From assembly GCA_026770705.1 (NCBI GenBank), contig JANJGN010000036.1:2604001-2668000 (forward strand): a stretch of 64,000 nt of DNA. The letters run 5' to 3'. This stretch comes from Isurus oxyrinchus (taxonomy: Eukaryota). Below are positions 1 to 13,644 of this stretch, in pieces. Position numbers and translations under genes: made by a program. The first letter of the stretch is position 1. Each line of letters begins with the position of its first letter. Under the pieces are notes generated by a model. That model did no database searches and was not told the origin of the DNA. It saw only the letters and a program-made list of their open reading frames with translations.

Positions 1-497
1 GAGATGTGCAGAGAGAGAAAGATGCTGAGAGGCTGAGAGACAACGTGAGATGTAGAGAGAATTAGAGGAGCTGAGGTGGGGGGGGGGAGATTGGAAAGAA
101 CAGAGTGACAAAGGTTCAGAGAGAGAGATGCAGAGAGATTTGTAGGTAGAGCTAAAAAGGGAAACTTTTCACAATTCAGAGAGGTCGAGATACAAAGGAT
201 TTGGAGAGATGGGATTTGAAAGAAAGATGTGGGGAAACAGTGAGGATCATGGAGGAGCAGAGATAGAGTCGCAGGAAGAGGTGGAGGGATTGAACTCAAT
301 GGGATATTGAGTTCAAACTTGACTCAATATTGGGATTTCTGCAGCTCTGTGTCTGAACCTGGATCCCCCGAGTAACATCCCCCTTCCCCAACCTCCTGAC
401 ACTGAACCCAAGCACAGTGTGAAAATTCCACAAGTCCTTTCTCTGGGAATAGGAATGAGTGACAAAGACACGGATACATTTTTATTATTATTTTTCT

Positions 498-751
498 CTC
501 TGGTTTTAGCTCTTGTCCGAGGATTCCTCGCGGCAAATCGATTCCCTCTCTGCATCGTCAATGCCCAGCTTCCAAATCCATTCTCCTTGGGACAGAGAGA
601 GAGAGAAATGGAAATTAATTAAAACAAAGCAAAGGTTATTGAAACAAAAAAGACAGAGTAAGATCCCAGGGCTCTTCTCACTCACTTACATCCACAATCT
701 CGGACAGGCCGGTGGACTGGGGGGAGAGGCACCATTTGAAAAACACATCCC
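498..751 (-). other. Candidate pair of 3'-terminal exons of an unidentified gene (690-751 and ~498-585)
   Basis: Minus strand: acceptor ...tttaataacAG, then a 62-nt exon (best frame xDVFFKWCLSPQSTGLSEIVD), GTAAGT donor, 104-nt intron, polypyrimidine tract+AAG, a second exon and AATAAA near 480. The two best-looking frames are not phase-compatible, and no homology was recognised. Confidence 0.25.
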
Positions 752-1299
752 CTGTTATTAAACACAGACAATAGGAAGAGATTTAAAACGAGATGAAGGT
801 GTAAATGCCTCGTGACCACCCGTCTCCCTCTGTGTTAAACCTGCCAGCTCCAGCTGCTTTACTGCCTCATTGTAAAAAACACACAAACACTGATCATTCC
901 CCCTCACCGTCCCTCTCCCATTCACTGCCCCCACTCCCTCTACCTGCTCACTCCAGGGCTGCTGCTGTTTGGACACAAAATATCCACATTGCACTTTCCA
1001 CTTCTAACACTGTCACCTCTCCCTCTCCCTTTCTCACTCTGTTTCTCTCCCCCTCTCTGTAAATATCCAGCCCACCCCATCCATGCTCATCTTTCCCTCT
1101 CTCTCTCCCACTTGATAATCTGTAGCTACTTCTGTTCTTTTTCCCTTCCTCAGGATTGAACTTGATTGAAAGACAATCTGAAAAGTTTCTGTCTGACCAT
1201 TTGAAATAATGATGCACTGTGGCCATGTTTTATATTTATTGATGATTTACTGAGAGAAATGGGGGGGCGGAAATGAGAATAATCCTCAATCAGCCGGTC

Positions 1300-4200
1300 A
1301 GTAAACTGAACGCAGGGTGGATAGCCATGGTTGCAGTGCAGGACAGACTGCAGGCCAGACATGCACAGCAAGATCCCACAAGCAAGGTGATGGTAGCCAG
1401 GTATCCTTCCCCCCCTCCCCACCCCCAGAAATGGCTAATCTTCCTCTTTTAAACTGGGGTCAGGTGGGGTGGGGTGGTGGGGAACTGATTGTTTTGCAAA
1501 ATTTTGAAGACTTCAGAGAAAACATTGAGTGGAATTAAACCCCCACTCCCCACCCCGTCTGATTCATCATCTGGCCTTCAACACAGGGAAGATAACAGTA
1601 AATAAACAAAATAAAAATAGCAAGGACAGTGGCACATTTAGACATTCAATTCAAGGAGCTCGAACATTGGACAGTCAATACATTAATGTTTACAAGCGCA
1701 CAGCAGGATCCCACAGACAGCACCACGAGAGACATGGCCACAATGCAGAAACTCCAGATCCTGTGTCTCCCTCATAACCGCCCCTCCTTCCATCTGTTAC
1801 CTCCCCACTCAATATTTCCCTCAATCTATCCTCTTTCCCACCTCTCCCCCTCTCTCTCACTCTCTGTTTCTCACATTCCAGAATATGGAGAGGCAGAGAG
1901 AGAGAGAGAGAAAACCACAGTCAGGGCCTCAATAAACTCTGTTCAAAATGGTTCCTGCACATTTCATTAAAGCCTCAATTCATCGCAGTGTCTAAAACAG
2001 CAGCATTATTCGGGGAAACAGCTTCATGTGAACAAGTTTCACTTCAGGCCCTCCCGCCTGCTTCACCAGTCGGTAAATTAATTTTTAAATTGTGCTCCCT
2101 GCTGGTCATTTGGAAAACCCTGTTGGTGTTTGCGCACAGAAAGATCCCACACACTGCAGTCTGCTCACAGTCAGATCAAAGTAGTTTAGGTTGAGAATTG
2201 GTGAAAAGGCAAGGCAGGGAAATATTTTTAAACAAGATAGCACACATTGGCCCCTCAGTGACACAGATTGTTTTCACAAATCCAACATTCTGGAAGGCTG
2301 AGATTGAGGGTCTTTTCTCCAGGGACTGGGAGCCGGGCAGTGACTGCACGCCAGAGACCCCCAGGTCCTCGTCTCTTCCCTCCCTGGCCCTCCATCTCCC
2401 TGTTTTCCTCCCTCTCCCCTTTCTCTCTCCCTCCCTGATAAGTCACAATTGAAAGAGGGAGAGAGAGACAGCAAGAAAACACACAATCACATCCTCAATC
2501 AAATGAATTCAACAGGCTGCTGCACATTTTGTTTCACCATCACATTCATCTCCTGAAACACGGGCCTTATTGGGAAGTTCAGACAATGCTCAGCCCCTCC
2601 CTCAAGGGCCCTGAAATTAGGTCGTGAATTGGGCCCAGTCACAGATTGTGCATTAAATCTCAGGGACAGGAACAGGCCCCAGTCTAACAGAACATTCCTC
2701 TCCCCCCACAGCTCAGCCCAAACCTCACAGACAGGGCTGGAGGTAGTGAGAGGAAAATGGGACCCACTCCCCATCAACCCCCACTCCAACCCCATCCACC
2801 CACCACCCCACAATTCAAACAAGGGCAAATCACACTGGGACTTTTCTATCAGTTTACTACAAGATGAAGTAACGAAAGAAATGTCTGGAAAGAGAGAGGG
2901 AGAGAGAAAGCTGGAGTGACAGAGACAGGGAAAATCCACCCCCTCCCCCAGAAACCCTCAACCTCCCACAAAGACAATCCTGGGGTTTAGAACAAGCCTT
3001 TACTCAGGATCAGGGTCTTTTCATTTGAATGACAGTCAATGAACTGGTTTTTCTTTAACATCGAGTGGTCCCTGTTGGAGTTCAGGAAAAGTTGCAGGCC
3101 ATTTCTGCACAGGGGGATCCCACAGGCAGCAATGTGATGCTATCCGGATGGGGACAGGGAGACAGATTCCTTCCCGAGCCTCATGCCTGCTGTAATCCTC
3201 CCTCTCCCTCTACCCCGGGCACCATGTGTGCTCTGAGTCTGGACACATCCCCAGAAAGGCCTAAACTCCCTCTTTAAAGCTGGAACAAGCTGCTGCTACC
3301 TTGTTGAGAATTTTTGAAATCTCCATCCCAGCATTGATTTTTACAAACCAGGCATGCCCAGGAGCGTGTGACTGAGGCTTTTCTGCAGGGACTGAGATCT
3401 GGGCACTGACTCCACACTGGAGACCCCCCTCCCCATATCCTATGTCTCTTCCTCACCCCTTACCCCCTGCCTCTGTTTCACTGTCTTTTCCTGTTTCCCT
3501 CACTCTCCTCTCTCTCTCTCTGCTGTAACGTCGGGACAAATAGAGAGACAGACTGAATTCAAATGATTTGCTCCAGCTTCCAATTCATCGCCCTGCCTAA
3601 AACACCAGCAGTATTCAGGAATTATCACAATCTTTTACACACTTTCACAGTTTGGACTTGGTAAAGGCTCCTGAGGGACTGGAAATTAGTCCAATCAGCA
3701 CATTTTAAAAATTTAACTCATTGTGGCACAGTATGAAACACTGCAGGCATATTGTGCAGAGCAAGATCCCACAGGGGAAAGTCAGTTTTGGTCAGCACTT
3801 CTTAAATTGGGCAAATATTTACACACAGAGAGAGGGAGCAATTTGGAGAGAGACTAAGACAGTGCAGACCTCCCCCCTTCAGAAGCTCACAAAGACTGAG
3901 TGCTTTACAGTGAAGGAATTAATTTTGAAAATACACTCATTGTTAGTGAGTCACTCGCTTCACCGCCCCTGACTTCATTTTTGCAATTCAGCTTTTCTAG
4001 TAGGAGGTGACTGGGAGCTGGGCAGAGTCTACACATTGGAGACCCCCAGACCCTGTGTCCATTCACCCCCGTCTTGTTTTGCTATCTCTGCCCCTCTGTT
4101 TCCCCTCACTCACTCCCCCTTTGTTTCTCTCTCTCTCTTCACCCATTTCTCTTATTAAGGGAGAAAGATGGAGAGACGAGGGAGAGAGAAGAGGCTGAGA

Positions 4201-5900
4201 ATTTTACAATCAGATCAGTGAAGTGAATTAAATTAGCTGTTGGGCCTTTACCTTTCACTGTTACATTAATTGCTCTCAGACACGCGCCCTGTGTTCTTGG
4301 TGAATTAGACCCGGGTACAAGTTCCGGCCTTTTTAATCCCACACCCATGTGAGTGCTGGATAGAAATGCACTCTGGAAAGTTCCTGTCTTACTATCTCAA
4401 ACAAAAATCCACACCGCACTGGCCATGTTTTATATTGACAATTCCACAATCTGATCCCCCCCTCCCTTCAGTCAATGAAATAGTTATTAGGGCTGCAATT
4501 AAGGCATTTCTGCACAGCAGGATCCCATGAGCGGTCCCACAATGGAGGAGTACACCCCCAAGACCCTGTGTCTCCTTCCCCAGCCTCTGAGCCCGCAACT
4601 CACCCACCCCCTCTTGTCGAATTCTCCCTCATTCTGTTCCTCTTTCTCTCTCTGCCCCCACCTCTCCCTCCACACCCTCTTCCTTCCCCTCATTCTTTCA
4701 TTTTTAAAGTGTGGTCACTCTTGTGGAGGGCAAGGAACAGGTCAGGGTGTGGGGGGCAGACCAAGTGTATGCAGAAAGATCCCACTCCCTACCTGTGTGT
4801 GCCCAGTTAAAAACGTTTTAGTTGAGAATTGGGGGAAAGTGAGTGGGGAATGGGCCTCACCCCCTCTCTCTCCCCCAACACCACCGCCCCCCCCAATTAA
4901 AATAACTACAAATCACATTGGTGTTTTTATACATTTTATTGAAACATGAAATATGGACAGAATTGACTGTAGAGGGAGAGAGAGAAAGATGGAGAGACAG
5001 AGACTGAGGGCTGCTCTCCCCCGACCCTCACCACCAGCACCCCCCAGAGCTATATTAAACTGAATTCAAATGGCTGCTGCCCCTTCCATTTAACCCAGGA
5101 AACCCTGTGCCCCGGCCTGTCTAACACTCACAGACATGACTCCTGGGGTGAAAAGGCTCCAGATTCTCATTTCAGGCCCTCTCTCTCTCGCCAACTGCTT
5201 CACCCTCCATGAACCCATTTTTATCAAGTGTGGTCACTGATGCAGTTCAGGAAAGGCTGGAGGCCTCTGTGTTTTTTTTACACAGCAGGATCCCATGACT
5301 TTCCCTATCTCCACACCTGTTGTGAAAGCCTCTCTCTGCCCCCCTTCCCCATGTGGATTCCCCAGTCTGGGGTCATCTCCTCAGTTCCGCCCCACCACCC
5401 CCCCCCTAACACAACCCCCTGAAAGAGCTGAAACTCAAACTGGGAAGCAGCTGGATTCTCTCAGGAGACATTTTTAAAATCACTCCCTCAGGATTTCAGC
5501 TGGTGTAAAATCCCACTTTCTGGAAGGCCCTGACTGGGAGCTGGGCAGTGACTGCAAACAAGGAGCCCTCTCACCCCCAGGACCCTGTGTCTTTTAACCC
5601 CCCAACCCAACTCCGCTCTGTTTTGTTATCTCACCCCCTCTTTCCCCTGACCTCTCCTTTCTCTCTCTCATGTGGGAAAAGGCCACAGGCCACTGTGGGC
5701 ACAGCAAGATCAGCTGGATGGAGAGAGAGAGAAATCCACAAACAGAAGCAGCAAAAACTGCATTAAAATGGTTCCCCTTATCCCTCATCTGTCTCCAGAA
5801 GGTGCTTAACTCCCTGTCTTATTTTGGAATTATAACAAGCTTTTAAACAGCTTCAGGTTTCAGATTTTTAATCTCTTTCTCACACACCAAAGGTTTAATG
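1300..5900. repeat. Ancient degenerate tandem array, ~7-8 units of roughly 0.45-1 kb
   Basis: Motifs recur in fixed order. GCACAGCA(G/A)GATCCCAC at ~1363, 1698, 2134, 3107, 3756, 4512, 5281. GACTGGGAGCTGGGCAGTGACTGCA..GAGACCCCCAGACCCTGTGTC at ~2324, 3390, 4009, 5533. Then CT and GA tracts, then CTGAATTCAAATGG at ~1938, 2503, 3553, 5059. Confidence 0.6.
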
Positions 5901-7120
5901 TGTTTGTGATTAATTGCAAGGCCATGCTATTTTAAAGAGCCCAGGATTCCATCCCCATCCTTCACAGTTACATTATCTCTCAGCAACATCCTAATACAAA
6001 AATATCCCAGTTATAAACCAGAGGCTAAAACAGATTGAGAGACCGGTCGGTCCCTCCCCTATGTTTCTCTTTGTATCTCTCTCTTTATCTCACTCACATC
6101 CCAGTCCCCCTCACACTCTCTCTCTCTCTCTGTCTCAGAGATAAAAACTAAAACTTGATCGGGATAATAAACAGACACACCTCACATGGGTGAAGCCTGT
6201 GGACCAGGCCTCAGTCTATCCCCCTCTGGAAGAAGCTCCTTGTCCTTGTCTCAAACTTTCCCTCTTTGCATCCTCACCTTCCAGGTTTCAGATTACAAAT
6301 TTCTCAGAAAAAGAGATAAAATTGGTTAAAAAGACAAAAGCAAGGACATTTTTTCAAAACAATATAGCACAGCCAGAGTTTCCATTCTCAAGTCAATCTC
6401 TCAGCAACTTCCCAACACAAACAAATCACAGTTTGAAAGCGGAATGAGACACATAGAAACACACACAGACATTGAACCAGAGTGAGGAGGGTGTTCACTC
6501 TCTCCAGAGAGAGAGTGTACAGGGAGTTTGTTGGATTGGGACTGGTTTGGGAATATCTTGATCCACATTGATCCTGGGTGAGCTGTATACAGACTCCACC
6601 CCCTTATTCTCGGATTTGTTTGGAATGTCTCTCAGTCCCACCCCTAGGATGCCCGTCCATTGAATGTTAATCCCAGGACAGGACACCTTGCTGATCCTGT
6701 CAATTGAGGTGTTAATCCCAGGACAGACATGGTTTCAACAAGGGTCTGTCTTTATTTCTGGGTTAATTTTAAATCTATCTTTCTTTCCCCTATTGGTTGT
6801 GTTACTCCAGTTCCAAACCCTGATCCCACACAAAGCCCTAAAACACTGGCAGTAACACTCGCTCCCCCACGACACACAGGAAGTAGACAGAGAATGGGGC
6901 TTTTTACTGAGGTTGTGTCTGTGGATGTTTTACTGACCTCACTGTGGATTGTACAGTTTGTGAGTTTGTCCCTCTGTGTGTGTCCCTCTGTGTGTGTCTG
7001 TGTGTGTGTGTCTCTGTGAGTAGTGTGTGCATCTCTGTGAGTGTGTGTGTGTGCATGTCTTGTCTGTCTGTGTGCATCTGTGTGTCTGTGTACATGTGTC
7101 TGTGCACATCTGTCTTCTAG

Positions 7121-7181
7121 AGTATCTCTCTGTCTCCTGACACTTCCTGCGCTGCCTGGTGAAGACATGTAAAGAACTCGA
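7121..7181 (+). pseudogene. Relic 61-nt exon (copy 1; phase 1-2)
   Basis: tcttctAG|...|GTTAGA. Translates xYLSVS*HFLRCLVKTCKELx. An indel-free paralog lies at 16373-16433. Confidence 0.35.
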
Positions 7182-7726
7182 GTTAGACACAACCTCATTC
7201 CCCTGCCCTACATTTTAAGAGTAATTACTCTCTTTCTTATCACCCATTACCCACTTTCATCCCACCCAGATGAAAGATCATCCTCACTGTGAGGGGTAAT
7301 AAATTATCTCATCTCATTTCTTACTCATCTCTCTCTCTCCCTCTCACCCCAACTCTTTCTCCCTCTCACCCAACCCAAACTCTCTCTCTCTCACCCAAAC
7401 TCTCTCTCCCTCTCACCCCAACCCTCTCTCCCTCTCACCCAACCCTCTCCCCCTCTCACACCAAATCTCTCTCTCCTTCTCACCCCAACACTCTCTCCCT
7501 CTCATCCCCATGCTCTCTATCTCTCCCCACTCCCTCTCTTTCATCCTATCACTCTTTTTTTCTCCCACCCCATCTCTCTTTCCCTCTCACACCATCCCCC
7601 GCTCCCTCTCACACCATCTCTCTGTCTCGCCACATCTCCCTCTCGCCTCACCTCATCTACCTCTCGCTCCCACACACACATCCTCTCTCTCTTTCTCTCT
7701 CACTCTCTCACTCACACACACACACA

Positions 7727-7757
<31 letters not shown>

Positions 7758-8089
7758 AGATATATTCTCATACACAGACACATGAACACACATACACATA
7801 CACACAGTCACACACACAGATATTTCTCACTTTCACATACACAAACGTATACACATTCTCTCTCTCCTTACACACTCACACACACACATTCTCTCTCTCG
7901 CTCACACACGCATACACGTTCTCTCTCCCGCTCTCTCTCTCATGGCACACACACACACATGCATACACACTTTCACACAGACATGTCTTCTGATACACAA
8001 ACTCGCACACTCTCCCTCTCTCAAGTTCACTCCTGCAATCTCTCACACACAGTGTCTCACACAATCTCTCTCATGCTGTCACTCAGACA

Positions 8090-9050
8090 CAAGCCCTCTC
8101 AAACGCAATCCCTCTCACATGCAATCCTTCTCACACACAATGCCCCTCAAACTTATTCCTTTTCACATGCAATGCCCTCACAAGCAATCCCTTTCACACA
8201 CAATCCCTCTCACACACAATCCCTCTCACACACAATCCCTCTCACACAGAATCCCCCTCAAACATAATCCCCCTCAAACATAATCCCCCTCAGACACAAT
8301 CCCACTCACACAGAATCCCCCTCACACACAATCCCACTCACACACAATCCCTCTTACACATAATCCATCTCACACACAATCCCCCTCATACACAATCCCC
8401 CTCACACACAATCCCTCTCACACACAATCCCCCTCACACACAATCCCTCTCACACACAATCCCTCTCACACACAATCCCTCTCACACACAATCCCTCTCA
8501 CACAGAATCCCCCTCAAACATAATCCCCCTCAGACACAATCCCTCTCAGACACAATCCCCCTCACACACAATCCCCCTCAAACACAATCCCCCTCACACA
8601 CAATCCCCCTCACACACAATCCCTCTTACACATAATCCCTCTCACACACAATCCCCCTCACACACTATCCCTATCACACACAATCCCTCTCACACACAAT
8701 CCCCCTCACACACTATCCCTATCACACACAATCCCCCTCACACACTATCCCTATCACACACAATCCCCCTCACACACAATCCCTATCACACACAATCCCT
8801 CTCACACACAATCCCTCTTACACATAATCCCTCTCACACACAATCCCTATCACACACAATCCCTCTCACACACAATAGCCCTCGCACACAATCCCTCTCA
8901 CACACAATCCTTCTCACGCACAATCCCTCTCACACACAATCCCTCTCTCACACAATCCCTCTCACACACAATCCCTCTCACACACAATCCCCCGACACAC
9001 AATCCCTCTCACACATAATCTCTCTCACACACAATCGCCCTCACCACAAT
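8090..9050. repeat. 16-bp minisatellite (CCCTCTCACACACAAT)n, ~60 copies
   Basis: Directly visible tandem unit with minor variants. Confidence 0.95.
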
Positions 9051-9942
9051 CCCTCTAACACACGCTCTCACACATTTTCTCTCTCTCTCACACAGACTCT
9101 CTCTTCCCCCATGGTCTCTCTCCCAACACACCCCCACAATCCACCCCTCCCCCCCTCCATCTACCCCTACGGTCTCTCCATTTTTGGATGAGAGAGAGAT
9201 GGTGACAGAGTCTGGAGATCCCTTCTCACCCCATTTCTCAGCCTCTTTCTCTTGCACCCCTTCTTTCTCTCACTGTCTGTCCCACTCTCTCTCTCTCTTG
9301 CACCATCTCTCCCATGCCCTGGCTCCTTGACGCTTTCTGTCCCTCTCTCTCACTCCATCTCTCTCTCCTCAGTCCTCGGTCACTATCGCTCCCTCTCTCT
9401 CTTCCCCATCTCTCTGTCACTCCTTGTCCTTTTCTCTCTTACACCGTGTCTCTCTCTCTTGCACTGTCACACTATTAGTCTCTCCCTACTCCGAATCTCT
9501 CTCTCTCTCCACCCCTCTCTCTCTCACCCAGTCCCTCTCTCTCTCTCTCTCTCCCTTTCTCTTTCTCTGTCTCTCGCCTTCACCCTCTTGCTCTGTCCAG
9601 ATCTATCTCTCTCTCTCTCCCTGTCTCTCTGTTTGACTCTATCTTTCTCTCTCTCATCCTGTCTTGCTCCCTCTCTCCCTGTCCCTCTCTCTTGCCCAGT
9701 ATTTTTTGACCACAAATTGGATGTGAAGCTGAGGGGAAAATATTTGCAGAGTTACGGGGAAAGGGTGGACAAGTGAGGACAGCAAAACTGCTCTTGCAGA
9801 GAGTCGACAGTAGCTCGATGGGCTGAATGGCCTCCTCCTGTGCTGTAACCGTTTTGTGATACACACACATATTATGTTTTCGTTCTCAAATAAGCTTTAC
9901 TCCTTCCTCCATTGGAGGTTCCAGCACTTACACGTCACATGT

Positions 9943-10562
9943 GGGGAAGGGATCTCCCTCTACTTTTAAGGATGGAGCAGGGATCTCCCTCTATTTTAAA
10001 GATGGAGAAGGGATCTCCCTCCATTTTAAAGAGGGATAAGGGATTTCCCTCCATTATAAAGACGGAGAAGGAATCTCCCTCCATTTTAGAGATGGAGAAG
10101 GGATCGCCCTTCATTTTAAAGGTGGAAAGCGATCTACCTTCATTCTAAATATGGAGAAGGAATCCCCTCCATTTTAAAGGGGGATGAGGGATCCCCTCAA
10201 TTTTATAGAGGGTGAAAGTTTCTCACTTCATTTTAAAGATGGAGAAGGGATCTCCCTCCATTTTTAGGATGGAGGAGGGATCTCCCTCCATTTTAAAGAT
10301 AGGGAAGGGATTTTCCTCGAGCTCAAAGATGGAGAAGTGGTCTCCCTCTATTTTACAGAGGGGGAAGGGACCTCCCTCCATTTCAAAAATGGAGAAAGGA
10401 TTTCTCTCCATTTTTAAGATGGAAAATGGATCTCCCTTCATTTTAAAGAGACAGAAGTGATTCCCCCTTCATTCTAAAGAGGGAGAAGGGATTTCCCCTA
10501 CATTTTCAAGAGGGTGAAGGGATCTCCCTCCATCTTAAAGATGGGAATTGATCTCCTTCCAT
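9943..10562. repeat. 30-bp palindromic minisatellite (GGGATCTCCCTCCATTTTAAAGATGGAGAA)n, ~20 units
   Basis: Tandem 30-mers without unique spacers. They produce the artefactual ORFs (MEKGSPSILK)n and (MEGDPFSIFK)n. Confidence 0.95.
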
Positions 10563-12294
10563 TTCCTATATTGCTCTGCTTCCCTATCTCATTCTCCCTC
10601 TCTCCCTGTTTTCTTTGCACACACACAGTCACAATCACACAGATGCATTCTCACACACACACATTCTCTCTCTTACAGACACCAATTCCCTCTTTCTCTC
10701 TCTTTCTAACACACACACCAACACCTTCACCCAGACAAACAGTCACACACATACACATACACTCTCTCTCACTCACACTCACGCACCCGCTCAGATACAT
10801 TCTTCCTTACATGCACACAGATTCTCTTACAGACACCAATTCTCTNNNNNNNNNNNNNNNNNNNNNNNNNNNNNNNNNNNNNNNNNNNNNNNNNNNNNNN
10901 NNNNNNNNNNNNNNNNNNNNNNNNNNNNNNNNNNNNNNNNNNNNNNNNNNNNNNNNNNNNNNNNNNNNNNNNNNNNNNNNNNNNNNNNNNNNNNNNNNNN
11001 NNNNNNNNNNNNNNNNNNNNNNNNNNNNNNNNNNNNNNNNNNAAACACCTTCACANNNNNNNNNNNNNNNNNNNNNNNNNNNNNNNNNNNNNNNNNNNNN
11101 NNNNNNNNNNNNNNNNNNNNNNNNNNNNNNNNNNNNNNNNNNNNNNNNNNNNNNNNNNNNNNNNNNNNNNNNNNNNNNNNNNNNNNNNNNNNNCACGCAA
11201 ACATTCTCACACACACACATACACAAATATTATCTCTCTCTCTCTCTTACACAAACATTCTCCTTTCTCTCACACACACAGTCACACTCACACAAATATA
11301 TTTTCTCTCTCTCACACACAAACACAAACAAAGGTGAGATGGCAGCTAACCATTGAATTGAAGGTGTGAGTCTTGTTCACAATGTGTTCAAATCTGGAAA
11401 ACAGGGCTGACCCTGAAAGCACAAATTTATCAATAGCCGCATTGGGCTGCTGTGAATTAAAATACTGTTTTCTCTAAGAATGAATATATTATAAAAGAAA
11501 TTGTCCTGGATGGAGTGATTCACTACCGTCTGCCACTGCATGAAGCCTTTGGCCATTTTAAGTTGGTTCGTGGTGGCAATTTTTACACCAAGTTCCAGTT
11601 TCATCACAGCAATACTTCCTTAATATTGTAGACCAATTGATGGGACAGTGCAGAGGGAGCTTGACCCTCTGTATAACCCTGTGTTGTTCTTCTACAATAT
11701 CAATATTATAACATCTTCTTGTAACATTAGGTTTCCCTGAGTACTGAGTGTAACATTTGCAGCAGGCCAAAGTATATTATTCCTGGTGTTTGCATTGTCT
11801 GAATCCAGCTGTCAATTCTCTCCTAATATTACTAATTTTTCACTGTCAGGCAGGGGAATAGAGTTCAGCCTCTCAGTGATTTTCCAGATTTAACAATTAA
11901 AGGTTGCAAATGGGTTTTTTATGGGGGAATGTTGCAGTGATGAGGGGGGGACCTCCAAAATTTAGACCCCCTTTAATGTCAAGGAGCGTGGAGGACAGGA
12001 GAAGGCAAAATAGGGAAGCTTATATCAGATACTGAGAGCTCAAACACACNNNNNNNNNNNNNNNNNNNNNNNNNNNNNNNNNNNNNNNNNNNNNNNNNNN
12101 NNNNNNNNNNNNNNNNNNNNNNNNNNNNNNNNNNNNNNNNNNNNNNNNNNNNNNNNNNNNNNNNNNNNNNNNNNNNNNNNNNNNNNNNNNNNNNNNNNNN
12201 NNNNNNNNNNNNCACATTTTGGTGCAGCCAACCATCAGGAAGGCATATGGACTGAGTGACTTTATTGTTAAAGAATTGGCACACATGAGCAAGG

Positions 12295-12875
12295 AAAAGT
12301 TTGATGTGGACTATTTATAGGGAGCTTTATTCTGCAGGTACCCCATTCTCTACATGCCCTGGGAATGTTTGATGGGGACAGTTTAGAGGGAGCTTTACTC
12401 TGCATCTAAACCCATTCTGTACCCGTCCTTGGAGTGATTGATGGGGACAGTGCAGAGGGAGCTTGACTCTATATCTAACCCCATGCTGTACCTCTCCTGG
12501 GAGTGTTTGATGGGGACAGTATAGACGGACTTTACTCTGTATCTAACCTCGTGCTGCACCTATCCTGGGATTGTTAGATTGGGACAGTGTAAAGGGAGCT
12601 TTCCTCTATATCTAACCAATTGCTGTACTTGTCCTGGGAATGTTTGATGGAGACAGTATAGAGGGACTTTACTCTGTCTCTAACCCCATGCTGTACCTGT
12701 CCTGGGAGTGTTTGATGGGGACAGAGTAGAGGGTGCTTTACTCTGTATCTAACCCCATACTCTACCAGTCCTGGCAGTGTTTGATGGGGACAGTGAAGAA
12801 GGAGCTTTAGTCTGTATATAACCCAATGCTGTACCAGTCCTGGGAGAGTTTGATTGGGACAGTGTAGAGGGAAAA
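12295..12875. repeat. ~69-bp tandem repeat (GGGAGTGTTTGATGGGGACAGTGTAGAGGGAGCTTTACTCTGTATCTAACCCC...)
   Basis: Unit starts at ~12361, 12430, 12499, 12567, 12636, 12704, 12773 and 12842. Further arrays at ~13790-14135 and ~16470-17000. Confidence 0.9.
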
Positions 12876-12945
12876 CTCCTACACGCAAAGGGTTGTGGAA
12901 GTTTGGAAAAGTCCTAACCAATTATAATTGATGCTCAGCTCAGAA

Positions 12946-13337
12946 GAATGAGGGGGAATCTGATTGAAACTTACAGAATACTGAGAGGCCTGGATAAAGT
13001 GGATGTGGGGAAGATGTTTCCATTAGTGGGAGAGAATAGGACTCAAGGGCACAACCTCAGAGTAAAGGAAAGACCTTTTAGAACAGAGATGAGGAGAAAC
13101 TTCTTTAGCCAGAGAGTGGTGAATCTATGGAATTCATTGCCACAGAAGGCTGTGGAGGCCAGGTCATTGAATGTATTTAAGACCAAGATCGATAGGTTCT
13201 TGATTGGTAAGGGGATCAAAGGTTACGGGGAGAAGGCGGGAGAATGGCGTTGAGAAACTTATCAGCCGTGATTGAATGGCGGAGCAGTCTCGATGGGCCA
13301 AATGGCCTAATTTCTGCTCCTATGTCTTATGGCTTAT
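12946..13337 (+). mobile_element. CR1-clade LINE 3' fragment
   Basis: ORF MRGNLIETYRILRGLDKVD...NFFSQRVVNLWNSLP...GYGEKAGEW is the typical CR1 ORF2 C-terminus. It ends in a short tandem tail (cctatgtcttatggcttat). Confidence 0.9.
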
Positions 13338-13575
13338 AAGTCATTTTTTAATTTTCATATCTACAATAAACCTAATCTGATGCCTTTCATAAATCCAAAT
13401 ATTCCTCTATTCCTCTCTGTCCCTTGCTCAGTTTGTGTATGTGTGCATGTGTGTATTTTTGTGTGTATGTGTGTGTTTGTGTGTGTGTGCCTCTTTCTGT
13501 GTGTCTGTGAGCATGTGTCTGTGCACCTCTTTCTGTGTGTATCTGTTTCAATGTGTTTCTGCCTGTGCATGTGTG

Positions 13576-13644
<69 letters not shown>

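Noticed and set aside
2324-5592. Ig switch-region-like GAGCT/TGGG motifs
   Set aside because: Only about one per unit, far from the dense pentamer arrays of switch regions.
7289-9776. Long S/L/H/T-rich ORFs
   Set aside because: Translations of CT/CA microsatellites and the 16-bp minisatellite.
9943-10562. CRISPR-like appearance of the palindromic 30-bp repeats
   Set aside because: Units are contiguous with no unique spacers, there are no cas genes, and the context is eukaryotic.
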